A stretch of DNA of 64,000 nucleotides. It comes from Blastocystis sp. Blastoise. Lineage: Eukaryota; Protista; Bigyra: Opalinata. Position 1 is the stretch's first letter; every line of letters starts with the position of its first letter. A program made the position numbers and the translations under genes. The notes under the pieces are model-generated. The model saw only the letters and a program-made list of their open reading frames with translations, was not told the origin of the DNA and made no database searches. This document shows, piece after piece, positions 1 through 22,812 of the stretch. The stretch is taken from NCBI GenBank assembly GCA_039096225.1, contig JBBPEB010000015.1:992001-1056000 (forward strand), given 5' to 3'.

Positions 1-47
1 TTTAATTAATATATATAATCGTTGTTATACTCTTATATACTCTATAG

Positions 48-1143
48 ATATATGGAATCAGTCAATATTCCGCTGATGTTGAAAAATATTATGGCAAACC
101 AATGGATATGGAGTTTTGTATATATAAAGATAAGATATACATTGTTCAAGCAAGACCTATTACTACTTTATTAGATTTACCTGAAGGTAAATATTTTTTT
201 TTTTAATTTATTTATTGCTTATTTATATAGATATGGATCCATTATCTCCTAATTATAAATATTTATATCATAATTGTCTTGGTTATCAATATGTGCAACT
301 TTTAAATAAACCTTGGAATTATTTAAGTTATTCTTGTTATAATAATATCTTTTTTAAGAATTATAATTATTTCCGTTGGATAGGAGGTTTTCCTTTTATT
401 GAAATTAATCATATAGTAGCTAATAAAACATTTGAAAATATTTTAGTTACTTTATTTGGTCGATATGAAGATAAAGAAATTGCTTATGTATATTATTTAT
501 TATTAGGTTGGTTAGGCTAATTTTTATTATAATATTTATTAGGTTTATTATTTTTATTATTATTATTGTATTTTAGTATAATATTTATTATTATTATATT
601 TATATTTATATTTATACCCTTTATATAGGCTACGGATGAATGGTATAAGAATGATTTATGTTATTTTAATAAGGGTTTATCTACATGGCCATTTATGAAG
701 CATTTCTTATCTTTTATTGGTTCACATTTAGGTTCCTATATTTGGAATTATTATTTATTCTTTTCACCTAAAAGACTATGTTATAGTTTATCAACTTATC
801 TTAATAACTGTGTTGATAAATATAATCAAATACTAGAAGATGTTCGTAGTAATGATAATACAAAAATTACTTTAAGATCTTTACAACAAGATGATTTTTG
901 TTTCTTTAAATATTTTGATGATAATTTTGTATCATTATTTTCTGCTGCTAAAGCAAAAATATTGGTATTAAATCTTTTAAAGAAATATAATATGGGTTCT
1001 GATGAATTACAATCGATGTGTGAAGGAAGAGAACAAAATTTAGCTGCTCAATTAAATTATAAAGTATCCATATTTAAATTACAAATAAAACTTTGTGATA
1101 ATATTAAACATGGATTTAGACAAAATCTAGATGTATATACTTG

Positions 1144-1182
<39 letters not shown>

Positions 1183-1588
1183 TATAAATATTTTTTTATT
1201 TGTTTATTATGTGTTATTATAGGAATTGGTAGAAGATGAAGATGAGAAAGGTATTTTTGATTTATTTAATTCCTTAGAAACTTCATCTATTGTTGAATTC
1301 AAAGAATTGTCGAATCAATGGTTAGAATTAATGGATACTTTCGGTAGAAGAGGTACAGGAGAAATTCTTATTAGTAACCCAAGGTATATATATATAGTAT
1401 ACTTATCATTGTTATATATTAATATATTGATGTTTATTATTTTAATAAGACTCTATCAATATTGTAACTATAGATTTATTGAAAAACCATCAATTTTAAT
1501 AGGAATGGCATTAAATACATCTTTTAAAAATACTGATGATAAATCACCAAGAAGTATAAGTATAAAAGCAGATGAAGCTGTAGATGAA

Positions 1589-1625
<37 letters not shown>

Positions 1626-2391
1626 TTATTATTATTATCTTTTATTATATATATTATTATTATTATCATTTATATAGATATGTTCCTCTATGTCTTCAAG
1701 AGATGCTAGTAAACTTCGTTATTATCTTCCTTTAGTAAGATTAATTATGGCTTATAGAGAACATCATAAATATATTGGTATTACTATCATATATGCTGAA
1801 AAAATTTTAATTCAGAAAATAGCAAAAAGAATGATAAAAGAACATATAATTCAAAAAGAAGATGAAATCTATAATTTTTCTCTTGAAGAATTATGCGATT
1901 ATGATGAAGGAAAACTTGATATTCATTCTATTCAAGAAAAATTATTATATAGAAAGAATGTTTATACAAAAGCTTTTTCTATGTCTTCACCTCGTCTTAT
2001 TGTATCTCCTTTTGCTGCTTGTATTAATTTATCTCAACAAACACAAGAAGAAATCAGAAAATTACCTAATAATATCTTAAAAGGAATGCCTACTTCTGCA
2101 GGTATAGTTGAAGGAAAAGCAGTAGTTGTTACTGATCCTAAGAATGCTCATTTAAAGAAAGGAGATATATTAATAGCTGAATCTGCTGATCCTGGTTGGA
2201 CTCCATTATTTGTACCTGCTTCTGGTGCTGTTATTGCTGTTGGTGGTCCTCTTACTCATGGTTCTATTGTAGCTAGAGAAATGGGTATTCCTTGTGTTGT
2301 TAATGTTACAAATGCTATGCAAAAGATACATACTGGCATGAATCTTAGAGTTGATGGTACCAAAGGTATTGTTGAAATTCTTAGCGAATAA
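48..2391 (+). CDS. Rifampicin phosphotransferase (RPH)-like / PigC-like PEP-utilising dikinase; spliced, 5' end outside the window
   Basis: Exons 48-186, 231-487, 629-1132, 1223-1383, 1474-1588 and 1678-2391 join in frame through GT-AG introns. Motifs: end of ATP-grasp domain (VEKYYGKPMDMEFCIYKDKIYIVQARPITTL); central domain (FGRRGTGEILISNPR, AYREHHKY); C-terminal phospho-His swivel domain (DPGWTPLF, GGPLTHGSIVAREMGIPCVV, LRVDGTKGIV). This domain order is RPH/PigC-type, not PEP synthase/PPDK-type. Confidence 0.85.
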
Positions 2392-3145
2392 ATCAATAAT
2401 ACTCATAATAATCTATCTATATATATTGATCTATATTTTTCTTTTCATTATACATAATATATATATTTTTTATATTTATCTTTTTTATCTTTTACCTTTT
2501 TCTTTTCATTATATATAATGAAGTAACTAACATTTTATTTTCAAAATAGAAGTTTTGCTATTTTTAATTTATAAATAACAATAAAAATTTTTTTTAATCA
2601 CTTATATGTAGATATATATTAAGATGTGTTGGTTAGAAAACTTATAATACAGTTTTCAAACTACTTTCTTGACAATCTATTCAATTTTTGAAGTAATCAC
2701 TATGAAAAATAGATATACTGTATACACACGAAGTAATAAGTTATATAATTAATATATACATAATTGATAACAAAAAAAGATTATAAACACTATTAGAATA
2801 GATTACAAAGCAGAAATAGCAACATACTCTATCTTCACATCTTCGTGAATTTTATTTAGAATACTTGAATTGTTTCAAAGCCTATAAAATAGTCAGTTAC
2901 AAAGAAATTAATTATTACTATCGAGTAATCACAGTGTAACGCATCTATTTCGTTGTTTCTAGTTATTCCCATTATCTTCAGCTTGTTTTCATAGTCATTC
3001 ATACAGTTTAATCACAATTGCAACTAACAACTATAGAATAAAAAACTTTGAGTATTAAAGAAATATAGCCATGCTTTACTTATCCCTAAAAATAACAAAA
3101 TAAAACATTGTGGAATATTAGTAACAAAACAAGGAACAAAAAGAA

Positions 3146-4722
3146 ATGAAACTCATTTTTTTTCAAATACAGAACATGCAATTTGAAGGATTAATTAAGC
3201 AAAAGTAAATTTTCAATTATATATTTATATCTATATCCTTACACTATAAAGTTGTGAAGATTTCATTGTAGATGAAATAAATGTTGGTGGTATTATTGCT
3301 AAAATAACGAATCAGAACATACCTTCATTACCCGAAGATTATTATAAAGCCGAATCAGCGGATAGAAATAAACCCTGTATATATAATTATCCTTTTTCTT
3401 ATTGAAATAGCTGCAGAAAATAAGCAAATAAGTGAGTTGCTCAGTCGGGAAGACATTGAGAATATCAAAAACTTTGCAGACAAAGCAAATTCCAAAGATT
3501 TCCACGAAATACTGGATATTCCATCATATGAAGACAAGGATGACCGAACTGCTATTTTTGGATATATAGCAGTATATTTTGATATTTTTTTGAATATTTT
3601 GATTAGACAAATTATCCCCATTTGTCAGCAATAACAGATAAGAAAACAAATATGATTCATTTACAACGAAATTCTACATGGGATCTTTTTGAAGAACTTG
3701 TTTCCAAAGAGGATCTTAAAGAATTAAGAGTATTCTTTTTTATTTTATTGTCATTCTATTGTTATTATATGTTTTTTTATGTAAATAATATAGTTATTAT
3801 ATGTTTTTTTCAAATACTATTGTTATTATCTATACATATATATATATAATTTTTTATGCAAATACTAATGTTATTATCAATATCTATTATTTTTTGATAT
3901 GAAATGTATATTATTTTGTGTATGTCTAGATATTTTTTACGTATAATCCATTAGTATCTTCTTTTCTTACAGAGAATCGTTCATTACAACTGTCTCCTCA
4001 AGACGATAAAGAGAAACGAACACAAATTCATCATTTACTTCAGGAAACTTTTCCTTATATAATAACAACAACAAATAATTCAAATTGTATTATTATACGT
4101 TGTAAAGTATATTAAAGATTTATATATATCATATATTCATGATGTAATAAATAGTTATTTTGTCACTCTCTTATATATATATAAATATTTATAGCCAAAA
4201 GGTAAGAAACGATTTGCTAATAATATTAGTTCAAAGAATGAAATATCGATATATAATACACAATTAACTATTGAGAAGAATGGAATAGAAACTACAGAAT
4301 TAATTAATTCTATTTCAACTGTATTAAAAATACCTCAAAGTTGGATTTCTATTGCAGGAATAAAAGATAAAAAAGCTGTAACAACTCAATATATGAATAT
4401 ACGAAATGTACAATCAGGTATATAGATATTTATATAGTTGAATACATATATATAATTATAATAATTCTCATTCAGTTATCCAATATGTTATTCACGATTA
4501 TATTTAATTTAAAGATATATACATAATATATATATATAGGTATAATTAAGAATAAATTAGAAACTATACCAAATATAAGTGTAGGGAATTTCTTATATAC
4601 AAAAGACATGCTTTCTGTAGGTCAACTTTGGGGTAATCAATTTACTATACTTATTCGAGATATTAATAGTATTGTCTCTAATGATTCTATTGACAGGGTG
4701 TTCAAAACAATTGTTGAAGAAG

Positions 4723-4759
<37 letters not shown>

Positions 4760-7700
4760 CATTAATCATTTTATTTATTAGTCTATTTAATTATTTAAAA
4801 AGTATATATATATATATATATATAGGTTTCCAAATACTTATGGAAGTCAAAGAGTAGGTCAAGAAAAGTATATAAATACAGCTCCGTTAATAGGGAAATA
4901 TATTATTGAAGAAGATTATAAGCATGCTATTGATTGTATACTTACTCCAGAAAACACTGTATATAGATATATTATAAATATATTTTTGGATATTATTATT
5001 ATTATTATTATATATAGGGTGATGATCGATTAAATGAAGGTTTAACAATATATAAAGAGACGAATAATATCAAAGAAGCACTTCAACGTATACCTAAACA
5101 ATATCATGTTATTATTGATGTTCTTCATGTATATTATATATATATATATATTACTATTATAATTATTTTAAATTTGATAAGTATATTATTGTATATAATT
5201 TATATGATGATGTATATATATTAAAAATAGTTTATATTCTTTATATTCTATAGAACATTCGTCGTTATGGAGACACTAATGATGAGCTTGTATTCAATCA
5301 TATTTCTTCTTTAAATAAACAAATATATGTTCGTAGTTATCAATCATCATTATTTAATCAAGTAACAGAGTATTTATATTATTATTATTATCTGTCAAAC
5401 GCGTATTGTTTTTTTCTCAAACGCGTATTTTCTCAAGATTATTTTCTAAAATAAAAGAATAACTGTGATATTTTTTTCTTAGCTATATAACTTTTTATGT
5501 CAAGCTTCAGTGCTATTACACACAACATATGATTAAATATTTCATTAGTGCCTTATGAAGAAGAAAAATAAGAGTCAAATTGTATTCATTTCAAGGGTGT
5601 ACTCTGTCAAACTTTGTTAGGTCATTCTGATTTCGTAAATACACATAGAGAATGAGTTCTGACATAATCTTGTCGACAAATAAGTCTTTGAAACTGTCTT
5701 CTAGGTCGTGATACTGAACTTCATATTCTTTGTTTGTTTTAATTTATTATGATTTACTTTCTACAGAGTACTTTAAATATATTGTAATGACTTAAAAGCT
5801 AAATATATGAGATAAAATTTTGAATGGGTTGAAATCCCTATTATAAATAATCAGATTCTTCTCAAATTGATTTCAACTATTGTACTATGATTAAATGATT
5901 GAACTAATTAATAAAATAAATAAAACAATAAATATATTTGTCATGTCATAATTATCATTTTCAGGTTTCTGTCTTTTATTTCAGACAGTCATATTTTTAT
6001 TTTTAGGTTGCATATGACGTGAATATTTTTCATAATAATTTTTGTAGATTATAAAATATTTTATAATTATTAGAATTGTAAATGATTAACTTCCAATATC
6101 ATCAAACTAAAAATAATTATATTTTCTTGAGTACCAAATACTTTTGACTACAACAATAAGCAAAAAACATAAAAATTAGTTCTTCATAGTTTATTAACAC
6201 TAAACAGAAAATTTGATTTATTATGGATTTGCAAGCGTCTAGTTTCACCAAATTGATTTATTTATAATTTTAATTTATAGTTATAAGATATATGTTATGT
6301 GAACTTTAATATTATGTTAATAAATATCTTTTTAATATTTTCCTTATGGAGAAAAATAATCATTTTCAATTGACGTTAAAGTGTTTTTCTAAAAAAGGGT
6401 TGTTACACTTAGTGATAGTTCTTGATAATTATTGAATTAAAAACAAAAAAAATATATTCTTATATATTTAACACTCTCTTATATAAATATTCAAATGATA
6501 TTTTAAAAAACAAATAATTCTTACTGGTATAAAGAAAGCTGCTAAAAGAAAGAAAAAGCCAAAAAAAAAATGATTTTTTTCTGTTATTAATTAATGTCAG
6601 GTTACCTATCTCTTCATGTAGATTGGGAACAGTTTATATATATTAAATTAGTACAATGTTAAGTATCTCTATTTAGTAAAATATAGATTTATATATAAAT
6701 ATTTTAATATTTATTAACACAAAAGAAATTATATGTATATGGCTTTTTGAGTTTTTTACACTTTTTTCTTTTTTTCCCATATTGAAAAATAGAAATTCAA
6801 AAGTATGTGCAGTTTCAAACTGTTTATATGCTTGCTATTACATTATGATAGTGAAAATTCTAGAATCAATACATTATGATACAACACAATGAAATGCATT
6901 TTTTTCATACTTTTTGACAATAAAGTAATATAAATTATAAATAAATTTCAGAATTTTAAATTATTTAAAAATGATAGATATTCGACTATAGTTGCAAAAA
7001 ATATAATAAAGAGAAATAAACACATAAAGAAAACATATATATATTTGACATAATATACATTTTTTAAAAACTCGTTTTAGGGTATTGTTATCATGCCCTT
7101 GAATCAATAAATATTTCATTAATTGTTTTCAAGGTTTATATATATAATATAGATTGATAGATGCATAATATACCAAAATTTCAATACTCTGTGACTTATT
7201 ATTAACCGTCAAAATATCATAGTTAGTTAGTGTTTTTATGAAAAACAATAAAAAATGTAAAAAAAAATAAAATCCTCTTTTTGAAACACTAAATTTAATT
7301 TCAAATATTTTAATATAAATAATATAAATAAGCACGGCTTATATTTTATACATATATAAAAATAGAAACTAGTTAATCATTCTATGAACTTCAGTAATCA
7401 GGAATATTCATGGAGTAAAGGAATGAGTGTGAAATTTTTTGTTGTCTTTTTCATTATTCTTAATTTTTATTATATGTTTATACATAGATATTATTTTATA
7501 AATAACTTGACATATTATTTCTTTAACTAATTTATTTTATGAGTAGGATTGTTAACTCAATATATAAAACTATAAAAAACAGTTGTTAATTGTGTGTCTA
7601 AAGGTAGTGTATTTCTTAATGTTAAGTGATTATTTTATCATTTATATTAGTCTTGATTTAGGGTTGATTATAATATCCAACAAATAATGATTTTTAATGA

Positions 7701-8537
7701 TAATAATATGAGAATTAGCACTAAATTATTGATAAGATATTACTAATTTTTAAGATAGATACGTTAACAATAATTGCAGACGATATAGACCTCATTTATG
7801 TTGTAATAGACTAATTTTGAAAGAACATTATTCAAGTGATACTTGCTCAAACTCATTTGAGTGAAAATTATTTGTATATTCTTGAAGATAAACATATTCT
7901 TATATATTTTTTAGATTAACTCTTTTTAATAAGTCGCTCTTGTCATTAAAAAAGTTGGTACTATAAAATAAGACGAGCAACTTTGTGTACTGATTTTTCA
8001 TTGTGTATTATGTGTATACACTTCATATTTATGAAGTAGTCTCTGATAGATTAGAAAAGAGTTTATGCAAAAAATTATTTAAAAAAAATAAATATCAACT
8101 GAGTTCAACCAAAAACAAAATACACACAAAAACATAAAAATACGCGTTTGAGAAAAAAACAATACGCGTTTGACAGTTATTATATATATATATATTATTA
8201 TTACTATTTTTCTTTTTATTATGATTAGTAGTGTCTTTTAGTATGTTTCTTATTATTATTATCTTTCTATTGAATACAATTTATTTAGATGGAGAATTCA
8301 GACATATGGAACACAAATTTTTGAAGGTGACCTTATATTAACCTCAAATTCCCGTGATTATGATGATGATTCCATTGATGATTCAACACCTGTTCCTATA
8401 AATAATAATAATTATAAAGAAAAACGAAAAGATATAAATAATAATATTAGTAAAGTATATCGCATAACAAAAGAAGATATAGAATTAAAACGATATACAA
8501 TAAAAGATGTTGTTCTTCCTTTATTAGGGTATATATA

Positions 8538-8569
<32 letters not shown>

Positions 8570-9108
8570 TTATTATATTTATAATATTTATTATTATTAT
8601 TCTTATTATATATTATCTATAAAATAAATATATTAGTATGAATATGGAATATCCTAATAATACTATTGGAGATTATTATAAGAATATGATTCAAGAAAAG
8701 CTCACTATTTCTCAAGAAAAACTCAAACTACTTAGAACTAACGTATATATATTATATATAATATATTATATATATATTCTATAATATATAGTATGCTTTA
8801 AATGGTGGCTATCGTCATATAATGTCTATTCCTCAACATGTGAAACATATATATGTATCAAATGATATAGATCCTTCTTTATTACTCTCTTTTCATGACC
8901 AAATGATTTCCTTTGAAGGTATGTTAATATTATTATATATTATTATATATTATTATATATTATAGAAGCTTCAAAACAATCTTTCTTTCCTCTACCAACT
9001 ACATCTTCATCTCAAAAAGCTCTTTTATGTCAATTTCAACTAATAAAAGGATCGTATGCAACAGAACTTCTACGTTATCTCTCTCATGGAGGTATTCAAC
9101 AACAATAA
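3146..9108 (+). CDS. PUS7: Pseudouridine synthase TruD/PUS7 family (multi-exon; start approximate)
   Basis: Spliced motifs FEGLIKQ|NCEDFIVDEI, catalytic AGIKDKKAVTTQ (~4355-4390), GQLWGNQFTILIR, GFPNTYGSQRVG, YVRSYQSSLFNQVTE|WRIQTYG, YTIKDVVLPLLG, LNGGYRHI and KGSYATELLR; stop TAA at 9106-9108. Confidence 0.92.
5392..5431 (+). repeat. Left TIR of the intronic transposon
   Basis: CTGTCAAACGCGTATTGTTTTTTTCTCAAACGCGTATTTT, containing two direct copies of TCAAACGCGTATT. Confidence 0.95.
6570..7830 (-). pseudogene. Decayed CMC/EnSpm-family DDE transposase
   Basis: Collinear minus-strand remnants across changing frames: VYIVCNYC* (~7770), LPLDTQL (~7595), TLTNYDILTVNNKSQSIEI (~7200, first Asp region), IFIDSRA...KCILCQ (~7050-7110, second Asp plus CxxC), FETAHTF (~6810), LHEEIGNL (~6610). 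The order matches the intact transposase at 34047-37298. Confidence 0.65.
8137..8176 (-). repeat. Right TIR of the intronic transposon
   Basis: Exact reverse complement of 5392-5431. Confidence 0.95.
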
Positions 9109-10007
9109 GAAAAATATATTTTTTTTAATCTTTATTATTTTATATAAATAGTATTTATATTTGTAAAACAACAATTGTTGATTTGTTAATTAAAAGTTTC
9201 ATTTAACAACTATATTCTTTCATTAATAATAATAGTTAGCTGATTTATTTTAAATGTAGTATAATTCGTGTAAATGGGTTCAAATATAAATATATGAATA
9301 AAATTCAAATATAAATATATGAATAAAATATAACAAAACATAAAATATAAAAATGTATATATATATTTAGTAAATGAAAACATATATAAAACAAATAATT
9401 ATGGATACTACTATTGACAACACATTATAGAAGTGAATCGAAAGAGAAAAAAATAAATAAAAATAAAATAGAAATGAGAATCAAAAAGCAATACAAATAA
9501 AATATATAATATACACAGCATATGATACTTATATAATAACGAGCAGCTGGAATTAAAAAAGTGCACGATGAAAATGGAAAGTTTTCAATTGTTATACAAA
9601 TATAGATATTAATATAAAGAAGAGAAATAGAGATTATTATAAATAATAATTTCATATAAATAGATAACGTTTTATAACTATATATATGTATATATATAGT
9701 ATACTTACATATCTAAGAAATTTGTAAATAAATTCATTATATATATTATATATATATAATGATAAAGAAGAAGAGGAAACTAATAATATAAATATCTATT
9801 ATATAAATATCACATAATAAAATAACCATATTCATATATATAAAGACTATTAAATAAAACTAATGCTATAAATAAGTATATATATATATATATATATATA
9901 AATCTTAAGATATAAATAAGAACTATATGATCTATAATATATATAAAACAATACATGAAAGATCAATCAACTATCTATTAAATATTAATTAGAAATAGAT
10001 ATTTAAA

Positions 10008-10056
<49 letters not shown>

Positions 10057-10347
10057 GAAAACTTATAAAAAAATGTATATATAAAGGAATGAGGAAGATA
10101 AGATATAGAAAGCATATATATAATAATTAAAACTAAAAAATAAGTAAAAAAAAAGAGAATGGAATAAGTTTTGTAGTTACACGAAACATAATAGATATAT
10201 ATTATATATATATGTAAAGAATACTTTTATCAAGTCATTTATATAATTAATGAAAGAATCGCAAAATAAATATATAAATGACTGAAAATATAGATTACTT
10301 TTAATAAATAGATACTATTTATTATATATATATAGAGCCTAAAATGT

Positions 10348-10546
10348 TTAGTAAATACGAGCATCAGGAGCAGGAGGACATATATAAACAACTGAATGAT
10401 CTGTTGTATTTCTTAATTTCTGTATATATTCATCATATAAATCCTTCATAGCTACTTTACCAAGTGACCACTGAGATCTCCAATCAATAGCAAAGTGAGA
10501 ACTATATATATATAATGATTATTATGTATATATTTAATATAATAAT

Positions 10547-10586
<40 letters not shown>

Positions 10587-10826
10587 TATATACTCCGGAT
10601 GAGGAATATCAATAGCATAAGATTGAGAGAGAACAGCGAATTTATATCCACTATATCTTAATGTTTCTATCCATTGCACTTTATTAAAACCATAATTAAT
10701 AAAACGAGAATCAAAATAAGGAAGAGAAGGAGTCTTCTTTAACATAATATATCTATAATAATTATATATTATAATTAATGTATATATTTTATATATTATT
10801 CATTAGATTATAAAGAATTATATGTA

Positions 10827-10858
<32 letters not shown>

Positions 10859-12011
10859 AATAAATATATGGTTCTTGGCCTATATTAGGGAAACAATTGA
10901 CATAAGTGAGAGAAGTAGTAGCAGGAAGAGTATGCCAACCAGGGAAATGATAAGCATGTGTATAAGATTCATTACGGAAAGGAGCACAATTACCGGTATT
11001 CACACAATGTGTTAGTTCAGATTTAGTAGCAGGAAATTCATCCTTAATACTATATATATAAGTATAAATATAGAAATATAATATAAATATAATAACAATA
11101 AGTATAACAATAACAATAATGAAATCTATATATTTATACAGTAAAGCACAAGTGAGAACAGAGAGACATCCATTAATAGAATAATAAGATTTATAAGAAA
11201 AGGAGGGAACAATAACCGCCAAAGAATCATCTGCTAAGAACTTACGAGGTAAACCAGATAAAGTTTGATATAAATCCCAATTAGGCCACATGTCCATATC
11301 AGCAACCCAGAAATGAGATGTTTCAATTCCTTCAATAGCGATATTTCGAAGTAAATTAATAGGATATATCTTAGGATCTTTAGGAATATGAAGAATAATC
11401 TTAACACGAGAAGGTAATTGTAAAAGAGATAAAGTCTCTTCAATCATTTGACGCTTCTCTTCAGGACAATATACAGCAATAGCTATATTCCTATATATAT
11501 CAATATATATAAAAAAAATACAAATAATTTAAAAAAAATAAAAAATACAAATAATTTAAAAAAAATAAAAAAAAAACAATAATAATTTTAAAAAAATAAA
11601 AAAATGTGTATAAATATATACCCAATCCATCTTTCCTTAATATATTTCAAATAGAATAATCTGTCTGAACTATAAAAACAGAATTCATATAAAAAAATAA
11701 TTTTCTTTTAAAAAAATACGACGTTTGTGATATCATAGTTACATCAAATTCTTTCTCAGCACCACGAATTAATTTCTTTTCAGCTAGTCTTCTTCCCTAT
11801 ACACAAAAGAATACTATAAAAAAAAAGAAAGAAACGAAAAAACTTACATAGAACGATGCAGCAGGTGTTGGTGTTTCATTCGAACCGAAACTACTATATG
11901 TGATAATAATAAGAATTCAAAGAATTCAAGTATTTACTTCATAGAAAAATTGACAATGGTTATAAGAAACCCAAAGAATAGAATTGAGAACACAGTAAGA
12001 GATCGATTCAT
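10348..12011 (-). CDS. Glycosyltransferase family 49 (LARGE/B4GAT1-like), type II membrane protein, multi-exon
   Basis: N-terminal hydrophobic anchor (MNRSLTVFSILFFGFLITIVNF); motifs YPINLLRNIAI, DMD (DxD), QEPY, LPYFDSRFINYGFNKVQW and IDIPHP; stop at 10348-10350. Confidence 0.88.
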
Positions 12012-12793
12012 TCTGAAAATTAATTTGAAAAGTAAAAGAAGAGATAAGAAAAGATAGATGTAAATATCAGTACTTTTGTAAGACTCAATGGCTGGAAGAA
12101 TCGATGATGATCGAAATTATACCATAAAAACTTCAATTCCCATGAAAATCGATTGGAGTCATTGAAATACAAAATGAGCCAATCATTTTTCTATTTTCAA
12201 TAAAAACCACGAATGATGAATGGTTATTCTTTAAAAAATAAACATTTTTAAATAATGTGTTTTTAATAGTGTCTTTTTTCTCTTTTTTTTTAGTTTTTTT
12301 AAACTGTATAGATTTAAGAACATAAAATATTGTTCAGAATAATGAGGAGTGTTTAGGTTAGAAAATGAGATTCATTTTAGAACGGAAATGAATAATAAAT
12401 AACGGATCAATTGTTAATCTCGAATAGTGACGATATTCTTATAAAAGTATAGTGCACAAGATGTGCTTATAAGAGAAAATGAACTAACAAAAAAAATGAA
12501 ACTGAAATAAAAAATATTTTGTGATAAAAGGACGCTAAGAAATAGAATTGAACTAGAGAATATGAAATGAATCGATAGTTATTGTTAGATAAAAGAAATG
12601 TATAACTAATGATATAAATAAAAATAAGAGATTTGAATAAAAAAAGAAATGGCGTAGATAAAATAAAAATGAATAATTGATCAAATACTATAGACGAAAC
12701 ACAACATTAAAAAAAAAATATATATATATATAATAAAAATGACTAGTAAAAGACGCTAGGCTAGTCATTCAATAATTTCAAATGAATTTATTA

Positions 12794-21976
<9,183 letters not shown>

Positions 21977-22812
21977 TTATGATATTTCTAACAGTTAATA
22001 TATATTTTTCAATATTCTTCTTAATGTTTATAAATTCAAACAGAGAGTATTTATTAAATATTTTTTGAAAATCAATATTTTTTCCAGATATACTGTCCAA
22101 TAATCATGGTTATCTATTTGAGTTTTAGTGAAATACAAAAAAATACTAAGAAAAAATTAAATTATAAAATTACTTTTCGACTCTTCTTGAACAAAATAAG
22201 AGTTCTTAACCAAAAACATGTATCGTGAAAGATCATACCATGTCATTATACGTAGAAAATGATTTTCAATTTCCATATGACTAGATTGAATACAATAAAC
22301 CAAAAGGAAAATTATTTTATTTTGCTATTTCGATGAATGAGTTCTTCATATTTAAAATATAAATCAAAAGTCTAGTCATATTCAAAAGATGAGTGTCATA
22401 AAAAAATTTCTTTGAACAAGAGTTTTTTATGTCAATATTATTTTCGAAATATATGTATATTTATTTATTTATTGAAATAAAAAAAAAGAATGAAATGTCC
22501 GTGAATATAATCATAAATCAAAGTATATTCGATAAAAGATTAGTGAAAGCAGAAAAATAGTTTCGATCATAGATTAGATGATAAATAGCAGTCTCTTCCC
22601 AAGTCATTGGACGGAATTCCACAAAAGTCAGAGAAGGCTTTGAAATAATAAGTATCAAAACAAAGAAAAATTTAACAAGATGAATATAAACAATACTAAA
22701 TAGCTTTACAAAAATAAATAAACAATACTAAACAACTATATAAAAAATATAAACAATATTAAATAACTTTACAAAAAATAAAAGCAATTTATAATAACAA
22801 AACATATAATAA

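Larger units (their letters stand above)
5392..8176 (-). mobile_element. Non-autonomous/decayed TIR DNA transposon (CMC/EnSpm-like transposase remnant) in PUS7 intron 5370-8288
   Basis: Perfect 40-bp terminal inverted repeats; TTAT (possibly TTATTAT) on both flanks; stop-riddled transposase motifs on the minus strand. Confidence 0.9.

Noticed and set aside
1690-2391. Calling the first gene PEP synthase or PPDK
   Set aside because: The His-swivel domain is C-terminal and no PEP/pyruvate-binding barrel follows it.
2800-3145. GC-richer stretch upstream of PUS7 with splice-like sites on the minus strand
   Set aside because: No convincing frame or motif; it may be further PUS7 5' exon/UTR or a small gene, but cannot be supported.
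12738-12769. Inverted repeat AATGACTAG...CTAGTCATT just past a stop codon
   Set aside because: A single 9-bp stem in AT-rich DNA is compatible with chance.
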